Source: an uncultured bacterium
GTDB lineage: Bacteria > Bacillota > Clostridia > Oscillospirales > Oscillospiraceae
Direction of reading: 5' to 3'
DNA: 64,000 nt
NCBI GenBank assembly: GCA_905215475.1
Contig: CAJMPW010000001.1
Location: forward strand, 111,109-175,108
Within the stretch, counting starts at the first letter, position 1, and each line of letters begins with the position of its first letter. Below, in pieces: positions 6,813-14,932 of the stretch. Made by a program: the position numbers and the translations under genes. The notes under the pieces were generated by a model that saw only the letters and a list, made by a program, of their open reading frames with translations, was not told the DNA's origin and made no database searches.

Positions 6813-8318
6813 ATGGCGAAACGATTTCTGAAAACAACGGTTGCCTCCGTGATCTTCGCGCTCACGCTGGCCGTTTCGGCCTCCGCGGCGACTGCCGGCG
6901 GTGCGACCACGACGACGGCCGTGAACTTCCGAAAGGGCGCCGGTACGAATTACGGCATTATCTCGACGCTCCCGGCCGGCACAAAGGTCGTGGTGTCCGA
7001 GCGGTCTAACGATGCGTGGTCCATGGTGGTCTATAACGGCACCTTCGGCTACATATCCTCCGATTACCTCAAGCGCGCCAATGACCTCAATGCCAGCTTC
7101 GGCACCGGTACGATCAACAGCAGCTACGTGCGTATGCGCTCCGGCGCGAGCACGAGCAGCTCCATTCTCGGCACCTACAATCCCGGCACCACGATGACGG
7201 TCACCGGCGTCAGCGGTGCCTGGTTTAAGGTCAGCTATAACGGCACTGCCGGCTATGTCCACTCGGATTACCTGTCCCTGTCGGGCGTGACGTCCGGCGG
7301 CAGCACGTCCGGCTCCAACGGCTCTGTCAAGGGCAGCGATGTGCGTATGCGCTCCGGCCCGGGCACGAACTATTCCATCCTCGGCACGTACCAGAACGGC
7401 ACGGCGCTGACCGTGACCGGTACGGAAAACGGCTGGACGAAGGTCACCATCGGCGGCACGAACGGCTACATCCGTTCGGACTATGTCTCCGGCGGCGCGG
7501 ACAGCAAGACCGGCTATATCAAGGGCACGGGCGTGCGTATGCGCTCCGGCGCGAGCACGACCAGCTCCATCCTCGGCGTGTATAACACCGGCACCGAGAT
7601 GACGATCACCGGCGAGAGCGGCAACTGGTACAAGGTCAGCCACAGCGGCAAGGACGGCTATGTCAGCAAGGACTATATGTCCATGACCAAGCCCGGCAGC
7701 GGCGGCGGCTCGACGAGTCAGAGCGGCTACATCAAGGGCAACGGCGTGCGTCTGCGCTCCGGCGCCGGCACGAGCTACTCCATCCTTGGCACGTATAATA
7801 ACGGCACGCCGCTGACCATCACCGGCACGAGCGGCGACTGGACGGCCGTCACCATCAACGGTGTCAAGGGCTACGTCAACAGCGCCTATGTCTCCACCAC
7901 GAAGAGCGAGGGCGGCAACGGCGGCGGCAGCACGCCGAGCGTTTCCATCGGCGAGACGATCGTCTCCACGGCCAAGCAGTACATGGGTGCGCCGTATGTC
8001 TACGGCGGCATGAGCCCGTCCGGCTTTGACTGCTCCGGCTTTGTCAACTATGTGTACAAGCTCTGCGGCTACTCCATGAGCCGTGTGGCCAGCAGCATCT
8101 ACAACAACAACGGCACCTACGTCGAGAAGGCCAACCTCCAGATCGGCGACCTGGTGTTCTTTGCGAGCAACAGCTCCAGCATCGGCCACGTCGGTATCTA
8201 CATCGGCAACGGCCAGTTCATCCACAGCAGCTCCGGCGCAGGCTGCGTCGTCATCAGCGACCTGAGCTCGAACTACTACCTGAAAAACTACGTGGGCGCA
8301 AAGCGCATCGCAGGCTAA
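6813..8318 (+). CDS. Secreted peptidoglycan endopeptidase: five bacterial SH3 (SH3b) repeats plus a C-terminal NlpC/P60 domain
   Basis: Signal peptide MAKRFLKTTVASVIFALTLAVSASA. Five roughly 70-aa repeats (VNFRKGAGTNY...Y..DYL). C-terminal YVYGG...GFDCSGFVNYVY...IGHVGIYIGNGQFIHSS (Cys/His/His). Confidence 0.85.
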   Translation: MAKRFLKTTVASVIFALTLAVSASAATAGGATTTTAVNFRKGAGTNYGIISTLPAGTKVVVSERSNDAWSMVVYNGTFGYISSDYLKRANDLNASFGTGTINSSYVRMRSGASTSSSILGTYNPGTTMTVTGVSGAWFKVSYNGTAGYVHSDYLSLSGVTSGGSTSGSNGSVKGSDVRMRSGPGTNYSILGTYQNGTALTVTGTENGWTKVTIGGTNGYIRSDYVSGGADSKTGYIKGTGVRMRSGASTTSSILGVYNTGTEMTITGESGNWYKVSHSGKDGYVSKDYMSMTKPGSGGGSTSQSGYIKGNGVRLRSGAGTSYSILGTYNNGTPLTITGTSGDWTAVTINGVKGYVNSAYVSTTKSEGGNGGGSTPSVSIGETIVSTAKQYMGAPYVYGGMSPSGFDCSGFVNYVYKLCGYSMSRVASSIYNNNGTYVEKANLQIGDLVFFASNSSSIGHVGIYIGNGQFIHSSSGAGCVVISDLSSNYYLKNYVGAKRIAG

Positions 8319-8330
8319 CAGGATTCCTTT

Positions 8331-8361
8331 GTCCCCCGGCAGCACCGGGGGACATTTTTTA
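8331..8361 (+). terminator. Rho-independent terminator
   Basis: gtcccccgg-cagcac-cgggggac + atttttta. Confidence 0.7.
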
Positions 8362-8407
8362 TCTTGCGGCAGAATGTATGGCCGTGATATATTGAGGAAA
8401 ATAATGT

Positions 8408-9172
8408 GTGTGTGGGAAAGGGCAGGTGAAGCCAATGCAGTGTACCTACTGCGGACGAGACATTCCGGACGATGCGGTCTGGTGCCCCTACTGCGGGGCG
8501 GAACAGACACCGCCGGACGAGACCACGCCGCCGGACGGCTGGCAGGACGAAAACATCCCGGTCGGCGACTGGGATGACGAGGCAGATCCGCCGTCCGACA
8601 ACACGTGGGCCGACGACCCGCCCGTGCCCGGGTGGGAGGATGATGCACCCTATGAGCCTGCGCAGGATGCGGACGCGCCGCGCAGCAAGGCGCTGCTCAT
8701 TGCGATCTTCGCCGCGCTCGGCGTGTCGCTGATCGTGCTGCTCATCGCGCTCAACGTCAAGCCCAAGCCGAAAGATCCGGTCGCCGCCGTGACGCCGGTC
8801 GTGACAGCCACGGCGCAGCCCTCCGCCGCGCCGACGCAGGCCCCGACCCCGACGCCGACGCCCACGCCGAAGCCGGCCTCCGGCAGCTATATCCTGCCGG
8901 ACAGCGCCACGCGCCGGCTCACGCAGGCAGATGTGGCAGACCTCACGTGGGAGCAGTGCTGCCTTGCGCGCAACGAGATCTACGCGCGCCACGGCCGCAT
9001 CTTCCAGACGCCGCAGATCGCGGCATATTTCGAGGCGCAGAGCTGGTATCACGGTACGGTGCCGGGTGCGTCGTTCGATAGCAATACGCTCTCGCCAATC
9101 GAGCACGCAAATATTGATTTCCTCGCCGGCTACGAAAACGCCACGTGGGGACATCCGTACATCTATTCCTGA
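8408..9172 (+). CDS. Zinc-ribbon / proline-acidic linker / single-TM / YARHG-domain membrane protein
   Basis: CTYCGRDIPDDAVWCPYCG zinc ribbon; TM LLIAIFAALGVSLIVLLIAL; Pro/Thr-rich linker; C-terminal ...CCLARNEIYARHGRIF... (YARHG motif). Alternative start at the ATG at 8435. Confidence 0.7.
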   Translation: MCGKGQVKPMQCTYCGRDIPDDAVWCPYCGAEQTPPDETTPPDGWQDENIPVGDWDDEADPPSDNTWADDPPVPGWEDDAPYEPAQDADAPRSKALLIAIFAALGVSLIVLLIALNVKPKPKDPVAAVTPVVTATAQPSAAPTQAPTPTPTPTPKPASGSYILPDSATRRLTQADVADLTWEQCCLARNEIYARHGRIFQTPQIAAYFEAQSWYHGTVPGASFDSNTLSPIEHANIDFLAGYENATWGHPYIYS

Positions 9173-9173
9173 G

Positions 9174-9211
9174 AAAAAAATCTCCGCAGCTTCTGCTGCG
9201 GAGATTTTTTT
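9174..9211. terminator. Bidirectional terminator between the YARHG gene (+) and metK (-)
   Basis: aaaaaaa-tctccgcagc-ttc-tgctgcggagat-ttttttt. Confidence 0.75.
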
Positions 9212-9222
9212 CGGTGATTCGT

Positions 9223-10410
9223 TTATGCCTTGGCGATGGCTGCGCGCAGCGCGTCGACGCGGTCGGTGTCCTCCCAGCGGACGCCGAGCTCCTCGCGGCC
9301 CATGTGACCGTAGGCGGCGAGCTGGCGGTAGATCGGGCGGGACAGCTCGAGGTCGCGGATGATGGCCGTCGGGCGCAGGTCAAATACCTGCTGCACGGCC
9401 GCGGCGATCTGCGCGTCCGGCACGGTGCCCGTGCCCTGCGTGTCGACGAACACGCTCACGGGCTCGGCCACGCCGATGGCGTAGGCCAGCTGCACGAGGC
9501 AGCGCTTGGCGAGTCCGGCGGCGACGATGTTCTTGGCCACGTAGCGCGCGGCGTAGGCGGCGCTGCGGTCGACCTTCGTCGGGTCCTTGCCGGAGAATGC
9601 ACCGCCGCCGTGCGGGGCGCTGCCGCCGTAGGTGTCGACGATGATCTTGCGGCCGGTCAGACCGGAGTCCGCCTGCGGGCCGCCGATGACAAAGCGGCCG
9701 GTGGGATTGATGAGGTAGCGGGTCTCGGCGTCGAGCAGCTCGGCCGGGATGGTCGGGCGGATGACGAGCTCGATCATGTCCGCGCGCAGCTTGGCCATGT
9801 CGACCTCCGGCGCGTGCTGCGTGCTGAGCACGACGGTGTGCACGCGCACGGGGCGGTTCTGCTCGTCGTACTCGACGGTGACCTGCGTCTTGCCGTCGGG
9901 ACGCAGATAGTCCACAAGCTCCTGCTTGCGCACGGCGGTCAGGCGCTTGGCAAGCTTGTGCGCCAGCGAGATCGGCAGCGGCATGAGCTCCGGCGTCTCG
10001 TCGCAGGCGTAGCCGAACATCATGCCCTGATCGCCCGCACCGTTGTCGAGCGCGTCCTCGCCGGCCTGCTTGCTCTCGAGCGACTGGTCGACGCCGAGGG
10101 CGATGTCGGCGCTCTGCTCGTCGATGTTCGTGATGACGGCGCAGGTCTCGCAGTCAAAGCCGTACTTGGCGCGGTCATAGCCGATCTCGCACACGGTCTG
10201 GCGCACGACCTTCGGAATGTCAACGTAGCACTCGGTCGTGATCTCGCCCATGACGTTCACGACGCCGGTCGTGACCGTACACTCGCAGGCGACGCGGCCG
10301 TTCGGATCCTGTGCCAGGATCGCGTCGAGGATCGCGTCGGAGACCTGATCGCAGATCTTATCGGGATGTCCCTCAGTCACGGATTCGGATGTAAAAAGAT
10401 GATGTGCCAT
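9223..10410 (-). CDS. metK: S-adenosylmethionine synthetase
   Basis: [29 protein letters not shown]... Start at the internal ATG (10410) with GAGGAAAA RBS. The extended track ORF runs into the riboswitch. Confidence 0.95.
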   Translation of the reverse strand: MAHHLFTSESVTEGHPDKICDQVSDAILDAILAQDPNGRVACECTVTTGVVNVMGEITTECYVDIPKVVRQTVCEIGYDRAKYGFDCETCAVITNIDEQSADIALGVDQSLESKQAGEDALDNGAGDQGMMFGYACDETPELMPLPISLAHKLAKRLTAVRKQELVDYLRPDGKTQVTVEYDEQNRPVRVHTVVLSTQHAPEVDMAKLRADMIELVIRPTIPAELLDAETRYLINPTGRFVIGGPQADSGLTGRKIIVDTYGGSAPHGGGAFSGKDPTKVDRSAAYAARYVAKNIVAAGLAKRCLVQLAYAIGVAEPVSVFVDTQGTGTVPDAQIAAAVQQVFDLRPTAIIRDLELSRPIYRQLAAYGHMGREELGVRWEDTDRVDALRAAIAKA

Positions 10411-10451
10411 TGTATTTTCCTCACTTTCTGATGTGCCGGGCAAAAGAAACA

Positions 10452-10604
10452 AGCGCCCCGACAGCCGACGGAGCGCTTGGAAAAGGCGAAGATCCTCATC
10501 TTTCGATTTGCACCGCCGGATTTGGCACCTTGCAGAAATCTGCAGGTTGTCGGGCTTCACAGGGCCGGTCCCTCCGCCACTCTTGATAAGGCTGTTGAAT
10601 TGTG
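10452..10604 (-). ncRNA. SAM-I (S-box) riboswitch with terminator, in the metK leader
   Basis: Minus-strand RNA reads ...CUUAUCAAGAGUGGCGGAGGGACCGGCCCUGUGAAGCCCGACAACC...GCAAGGUGCCAAAUCCGGC...GAAAGAUGAGG..., matching the S-box consensus. Then terminator AAGCGCUCCGUCGGCUGUCGGGGCGCUU + GUUUCUUUU. Confidence 0.85.
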
Positions 10605-10610
10605 AGATAC

Positions 10611-10638
10611 ATTATACGCGCTTTTGCGCGCTTGTCAA
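10611..10638 (-). promoter_or_regulatory. Sigma-A promoter (TTGACA-16-TATAAT) driving the SAM riboswitch and metK
   Basis: rc tgtcaa at 10633-10638, rc attata at 10611-10616. Confidence 0.55.
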
Positions 10639-10648
10639 GTCTGTTTCG

Positions 10649-12859
10649 TCAGTTATTTTTGAGCCAGTTCCACAGCCGCCGCCACCACGGCAGCTTTTTC
10701 TGCGGCTCAGATGCGGCGGAGGCTGCGGGCTTTTGCACGGTGCGCCCGGCGAAATACGTGTGCAGATATGTCTGGCTCACGAATGCCTCGCCCGTCGGTT
10801 CCGGGCGCAGATACGAGCCGTCCGGCTGCATGATCCACGCCTGCCGGTTGTCGCGGCGCATGGCACTGAGCACCTCAAGCACCTCCGCGCGCGCCTCGGG
10901 ATCGGTCACGGCGGCAAACGCCTCGATCCGGCGCACGGTGTTTCGCTCGAGCAGGTCGCCCGAACCGATGAACACGCTCTGCGTATCCCCGCGGCCGAAG
11001 ACAAAAATGCGCTCGTGCTCGAGATACCGCCCGATGATGCTGCGCACCGAGATGTGCTCCGTGCGCCCGGGCACGCCCGGCCGCAGGCAGCAGATGCCGC
11101 GCACGAACAGCTCCACCTCCGTGCCCGCCGCGCTTGCGCGCACGAGCTGCGCCATAATGTCCGCGTCGTTCATGGCGTTGACCTTGATGCCGATGTAGCC
11201 CGCCGCACCGAGCCGGATCTGCGACTCGATGTGCGCCATGAGCTGCGGCTTGTAGCCCTCCGGCGCGAGCCAGAGCGATTCCGTCTCGCCGACGGTCTCG
11301 CCGCGCGCGAGCCGGTCAAACGTCCTGGCCGCGTCGCGCCCGATGGCCGGATCACTCGTCAGGAGCATGAGGTCGGTGTATTGCTCGGCGGTCTTTTCGT
11401 TGTAGTTGCCGGTGCCGACCTGCGTGTAGTAGCAGATGCCGCCGGGGCAGCGCCGCGTGATGAGGCAGAGCTTCGTGTGCACCTTGTACTGCGTCAGACC
11501 GTAGAGAATGTCGCACCCGGCGTCCTCAAGCATACGCGAGTAGTCGATGTTGCTCTGCTCGTCAAAGCGGGCGCGCAGCTCAAGCAGGCACTGCACCTGC
11601 TTGCCGTGCTCGGCGGCATAGGCCAGCGCCGCCGCGATGCGGCTGCTGCCGGCGAGCCGGTAGAGCGTGATCTTGATCGACACGACGTCCGGGTCGTCCG
11701 CCGCCTCATACAGCAGATCCACAAACGGGTTTACGCTCTGATACGGCAGCGCGAGCAGCAGGTCGTGCCGCGCGAGATAGGCGAAGTACTCACTCTTTTG
11801 CAGCGCCACGTTTTTGGCAGGTGTCACCTCCGGACACGTCAGCCCCGTGAGGACGAATTCCCCCGGCATCGTGAGCACGAACGACAGATCCGCCGGTGCG
11901 CTCGTGCAAAACAGCTGCCGCTTCGGCAGTCCGAGCAGCGTGCGCGCCGTCTCGCGCATCTCGTCGGTGACCTTGCCCTGCAGCTGCGCGCGCACCGGCT
12001 CGAGCCGTCTCCGGCGGCGCAGCAGGCGCTCCATCGCGGCGCGCAGGTCCGCATCGCAGCCGTCCATGATGTCGCGCACGGAGATGTCGGCGCTGCGCGT
12101 CACGCGCAATATGGCCGTCTCACGCACGCGCCGCTCACCAAAGACCAGCGGTGCAAAATGCGCCACCAGCGGTGCGGTGAGCGCAAGTTTCTGCACCCCG
12201 TCGATCGTCAGGCGGAAAAACTTCGGCAGCTGCGTCGTCGGGATCAGTCCCGCGCCGCCGCGCTTGCCTGCAAAGCGCACGAGTACGTATTGCTCGCGGT
12301 TGCGCAAAAACGGCAGCGGGTGCTCCGCGTCGAGCACCTGTGGGCTCAGCAGCGGGCGCAGCGCGTCAAAGCGCCGCCGCAGCAGCACCTCGTCCGCCTC
12401 GTCGAGCCGGTCGAAGTCGAGGATCTCGACGCGCTGCTTTGCCAGCGCCGCCGTCACCTTGCGCCAGAGCGACTCAAAGTCCTTTTGCTGCCGCGCCGTT
12501 TCCGCGTAGATCGCGCGCAGCTGCTCACGCGGCGTGAGCCCCGTGATGGTCTCCGTGTGCCACGGCTGCAGCAGCGCCCGGTCGAGCAGACCGCCGACGC
12601 GCACCATATAAAATTCATCCAGATTCGAGCAGTAGATCGACAGAAACTTCAGCCGCTCATAGACCGGCAGCGTCTCGTCGGCCGCCTCCGCCAGCACGCG
12701 GCGGTTGAATTGCAGCCAGCTCAGCTCGCGGTTGACAAAGAGGTCTGCATAGGCGGGATCAGGCTGCCGGTCGGAAAACAGCGCGCGGTTGTCGCTCTGC
12801 GCGGCCATCTGGCGCAGCGCCTGCGCGCCCGGCAGCTCTGTGTCATGTTTGCGGGGCAT
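10649..12859 (-). CDS. ppk: Polyphosphate kinase 1
   Basis: ...FVNRELSWLQFNRRVLAEA...LKFLSIYCSNLDEFYMVRV... two PLD-like halves. Start at the internal ATG (12859, MPRKHDTE...) with GGAGG RBS. Confidence 0.9.
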   Translation of the reverse strand: MPRKHDTELPGAQALRQMAAQSDNRALFSDRQPDPAYADLFVNRELSWLQFNRRVLAEAADETLPVYERLKFLSIYCSNLDEFYMVRVGGLLDRALLQPWHTETITGLTPREQLRAIYAETARQQKDFESLWRKVTAALAKQRVEILDFDRLDEADEVLLRRRFDALRPLLSPQVLDAEHPLPFLRNREQYVLVRFAGKRGGAGLIPTTQLPKFFRLTIDGVQKLALTAPLVAHFAPLVFGERRVRETAILRVTRSADISVRDIMDGCDADLRAAMERLLRRRRRLEPVRAQLQGKVTDEMRETARTLLGLPKRQLFCTSAPADLSFVLTMPGEFVLTGLTCPEVTPAKNVALQKSEYFAYLARHDLLLALPYQSVNPFVDLLYEAADDPDVVSIKITLYRLAGSSRIAAALAYAAEHGKQVQCLLELRARFDEQSNIDYSRMLEDAGCDILYGLTQYKVHTKLCLITRRCPGGICYYTQVGTGNYNEKTAEQYTDLMLLTSDPAIGRDAARTFDRLARGETVGETESLWLAPEGYKPQLMAHIESQIRLGAAGYIGIKVNAMNDADIMAQLVRASAAGTEVELFVRGICCLRPGVPGRTEHISVRSIIGRYLEHERIFVFGRGDTQSVFIGSGDLLERNTVRRIEAFAAVTDPEARAEVLEVLSAMRRDNRQAWIMQPDGSYLRPEPTGEAFVSQTYLHTYFAGRTVQKPAASAASEPQKKLPWWRRLWNWLKNN

Positions 12860-13023
12860 ACGGTCGCCTCCTTGGGTGGGCAATTTCATGCATATCATAT
12901 CATTATACCCGAACGGACGATGCTTGGCAATCCCCGCGCGGCAGACCGAAAACGCTGCGAAAGTGCGCCGGGCGTTTGCCCGCATCCGAGCGGGGCATAG
13001 GTGCGCGGCATTGTGCAAAAAGG

Positions 13024-13052
13024 TTGCAAAATCGGAGCGGGACTGCTATAAT
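13024..13052 (+). promoter_or_regulatory. Sigma-A promoter (TTGCAA-17-TGcTATAAT) for hypB
   Basis: ttgcaa at 13024-13029, tataat at 13047-13052. Confidence 0.5.
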
Positions 13053-13094
13053 TTTGGCATAGAAAACCCATAGGAATTTCTGGAGGTAATATAC

Positions 13095-13763
13095 ATGGAT
13101 TCGTTCCGCGTGCTCGAAATCAAAAAGAGCGTTTTTGAAAACAACGACCGGGAGGCCGACCTGCTGCGCGAAGAGCTCAAGCAGAAGCACACCTTCCTGC
13201 TCAACCTCATGTCCTCGCCCGGCAGCGGCAAGACCACGACCCTCATGGCGACCATCAACGCCCTGAAGGACGATCTGCGCATCGGCGTCATGGAGGCTGA
13301 CATCGACTCGGACGTCGATGCGGCGACCATCTCCACCAGCGGCGCAAAGGTCATCCAGCTGCACACCGGCGGTATGTGTCATCTCGATGCGGGCATGACG
13401 CGTCAGGGTCTCGAGGGGCTCGGCACGGAAAACATCGACCTTGCCATCCTCGAAAACGTCGGCAACCTTGTCTGCCCGGCGGAGTTTGACACCGGCGCCG
13501 TGAAAAACGCCATGATCCTCTCCGTGCCGGAGGGCGACGACAAGCCGCTGAAGTACCCGCTCATGTTCTCGATCTGCGACGTGCTGCTCGTCAACAAGAT
13601 CGACGTTGCGCCGTACTTCAACTTCAGCCTTGAAAAGTGCATCGAGCGCGTCAAGAAGCTCAACCCGAACATTCAGGTGTTCCCGATCTCCGCGCTCAAG
13701 GGCGAGGGTATCGAGCCGTGGACCAACTGGCTGCGCGAGCAGACGAAGGCTTGGAACGCATAA
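13095..13763 (+). CDS. hypB: HypB-type G3E GTPase (hydrogenase/nickel-enzyme maturation GTPase); no other hyp or hydrogenase genes in the window
   Basis: P-loop SSPGSGKTT, metal-binding GGMCHLDAG (CH motif), ENVGNLVCPAEFD. Lacks the N-terminal His/Cys-rich extension. Confidence 0.8.
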   Translation: MDSFRVLEIKKSVFENNDREADLLREELKQKHTFLLNLMSSPGSGKTTTLMATINALKDDLRIGVMEADIDSDVDAATISTSGAKVIQLHTGGMCHLDAGMTRQGLEGLGTENIDLAILENVGNLVCPAEFDTGAVKNAMILSVPEGDDKPLKYPLMFSICDVLLVNKIDVAPYFNFSLEKCIERVKKLNPNIQVFPISALKGEGIEPWTNWLREQTKAWNA

Positions 13764-13779
13764 ATATCCGAGATACGAA

Positions 13780-13819
13780 CAGGGACGCTCCCACGGGAGC
13801 GTCCCTGCTTTTCGTTTTT
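13780..13819 (+). terminator. Rho-independent terminator after hypB
   Basis: cagggacgctccc-acg-ggagcgtccctg + cttttcgttttt. Confidence 0.7.
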
Positions 13820-13823
13820 CGGT

Positions 13824-14708
13824 TCACGGGTGCTTTTGCGCCCAGGTGCGCACGAAGGCGGCAAAGGTGCGCACGAGCGGCTTGTCCTCCGATTCCGGCG
13901 GGATGGCCATGGCGATCGTGCGCTGCGCCGGTGGGTCGAGCGGGCGCACGACGACGTTGTGGTTATCCGAACGCAGCACGAGCTCGTGCGCGATGCAGAT
14001 GCCCAGCCCGCTCTCGACCATGGAGATCATGGCATAGTCGTCCGCCGTCTGAAAGCGGATGTCGGGGCGCACGTGCGCGGCGTCGAGCACGCGCAGCGCG
14101 TCGCGGTTCGTGCTGTCGACAAGGCTTACGACCGGCTCTGTGCCGAAGGCCGCGATCGGCACGGCGTCCTGCGCTGCGAGCGGATGCCCCGCCGGCAGCA
14201 CGGCCAGCAGCCGGTCGCTGCACACGGGCACGATCTCGCCCGGCAGCTCGCTCGGCAGCGACACGAAGCCCATGTCCACCGTGCCGCTGCGCACATAGGC
14301 GTCGACCTCGGCATACGCCCCGTCGAACAGGCGAAAGCGCGCCTCCGGGTGCTGCGCCTGAAACTCCTTGATCATCGGCGGCAGCCAGTTGACCGCGACG
14401 CTCTTGAACGTTGCGATGCGGATCGTGCCGCCGGTGCGCTCACGCACCTCCTGAATGCGGTGCTGCAGGTGCGCGTCCGCTGCGCAGACCTGCTCCACGG
14501 CCGGCAGCAGCGCCTTGCCCGCCGGCGTCAGATGCACGCCGCCGCGGTTGCGCACCAGCAGCGGAAAGCCGCAGTCGCGCTCGAGTCCTGCCAGCAGCTG
14601 CGTCAGCGCCGACTGGGACACGCCCAGCTCCCGCGCCGCCGCCGACACGCTCGCGCACGCGACCGTTTTCAGAAATGCCTCGTATTGCCGCAGTGTCACA
14701 CACGGCAC
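13824..14708 (-). CDS. LysR-family transcriptional regulator
   Basis: N-terminal HTH LRQYEAFLKTV...AARELGVSQSALTQLLAGLERD..., then a LysR substrate-binding domain. Confidence 0.85.
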   Translation of the reverse strand: MPCVTLRQYEAFLKTVACASVSAAARELGVSQSALTQLLAGLERDCGFPLLVRNRGGVHLTPAGKALLPAVEQVCAADAHLQHRIQEVRERTGGTIRIATFKSVAVNWLPPMIKEFQAQHPEARFRLFDGAYAEVDAYVRSGTVDMGFVSLPSELPGEIVPVCSDRLLAVLPAGHPLAAQDAVPIAAFGTEPVVSLVDSTNRDALRVLDAAHVRPDIRFQTADDYAMISMVESGLGICIAHELVLRSDNHNVVVRPLDPPAQRTIAMAIPPESEDKPLVRTFAAFVRTWAQKHP

Positions 14709-14735
14709 CTCCCTGTCCGGATTTTTCTCGTTAAA

Positions 14736-14750
14736 ATAAGATTATCTTAT
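14736..14750. promoter_or_regulatory. Palindromic LysR-type box (T-N11-A) in the lysR-putP divergent region
   Basis: ATAAGA-TTA-TCTTAT perfect inverted repeat. Confidence 0.4.
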
Positions 14751-14844
14751 ATTATACGCGCCGACATCAAAAAGTCAAGCACAGAAAAAACCCTTGACGC
14801 GGAAAGAAAAATCTCGAATACCGTCTGAAAAACGAAAGTAATTG

Positions 14845-14873
14845 TTGACACGGCGGCGAATATGGCGTATCAT
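14845..14873 (+). promoter_or_regulatory. Sigma-A promoter (TTGACA-17-TATCAT) for putP
   Basis: ttgaca at 14845-14850, tatcat at 14868-14873. Confidence 0.5.
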
Positions 14874-14932
14874 ACATCCATATTGTTCCGCCGGAAATCA
14901 TATAAGGTTTCCTAATGAAAGGGGTAAAAATT

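Noticed and set aside
5150-8648. Long antisense ORFs (5150..6397 -, 415 aa; 6504..8648 -, 714 aa) opposite the PBP1A and SH3/NlpC-P60 genes
   Set aside because: Their compositions are Arg/Ala/His/Gly-rich and low-complexity, there is no RBS, and the opposite strand encodes proteins with canonical motifs. They are typical shadow ORFs of high-GC DNA.
10433-13000. 855-aa plus-strand ORF overlapping ppk (and a 198-aa ORF at 10602..11198)
   Set aside because: They are antisense to a clearly conserved ppk1. The translation is Arg-rich with no domain signature, and its start lies inside the SAM riboswitch.
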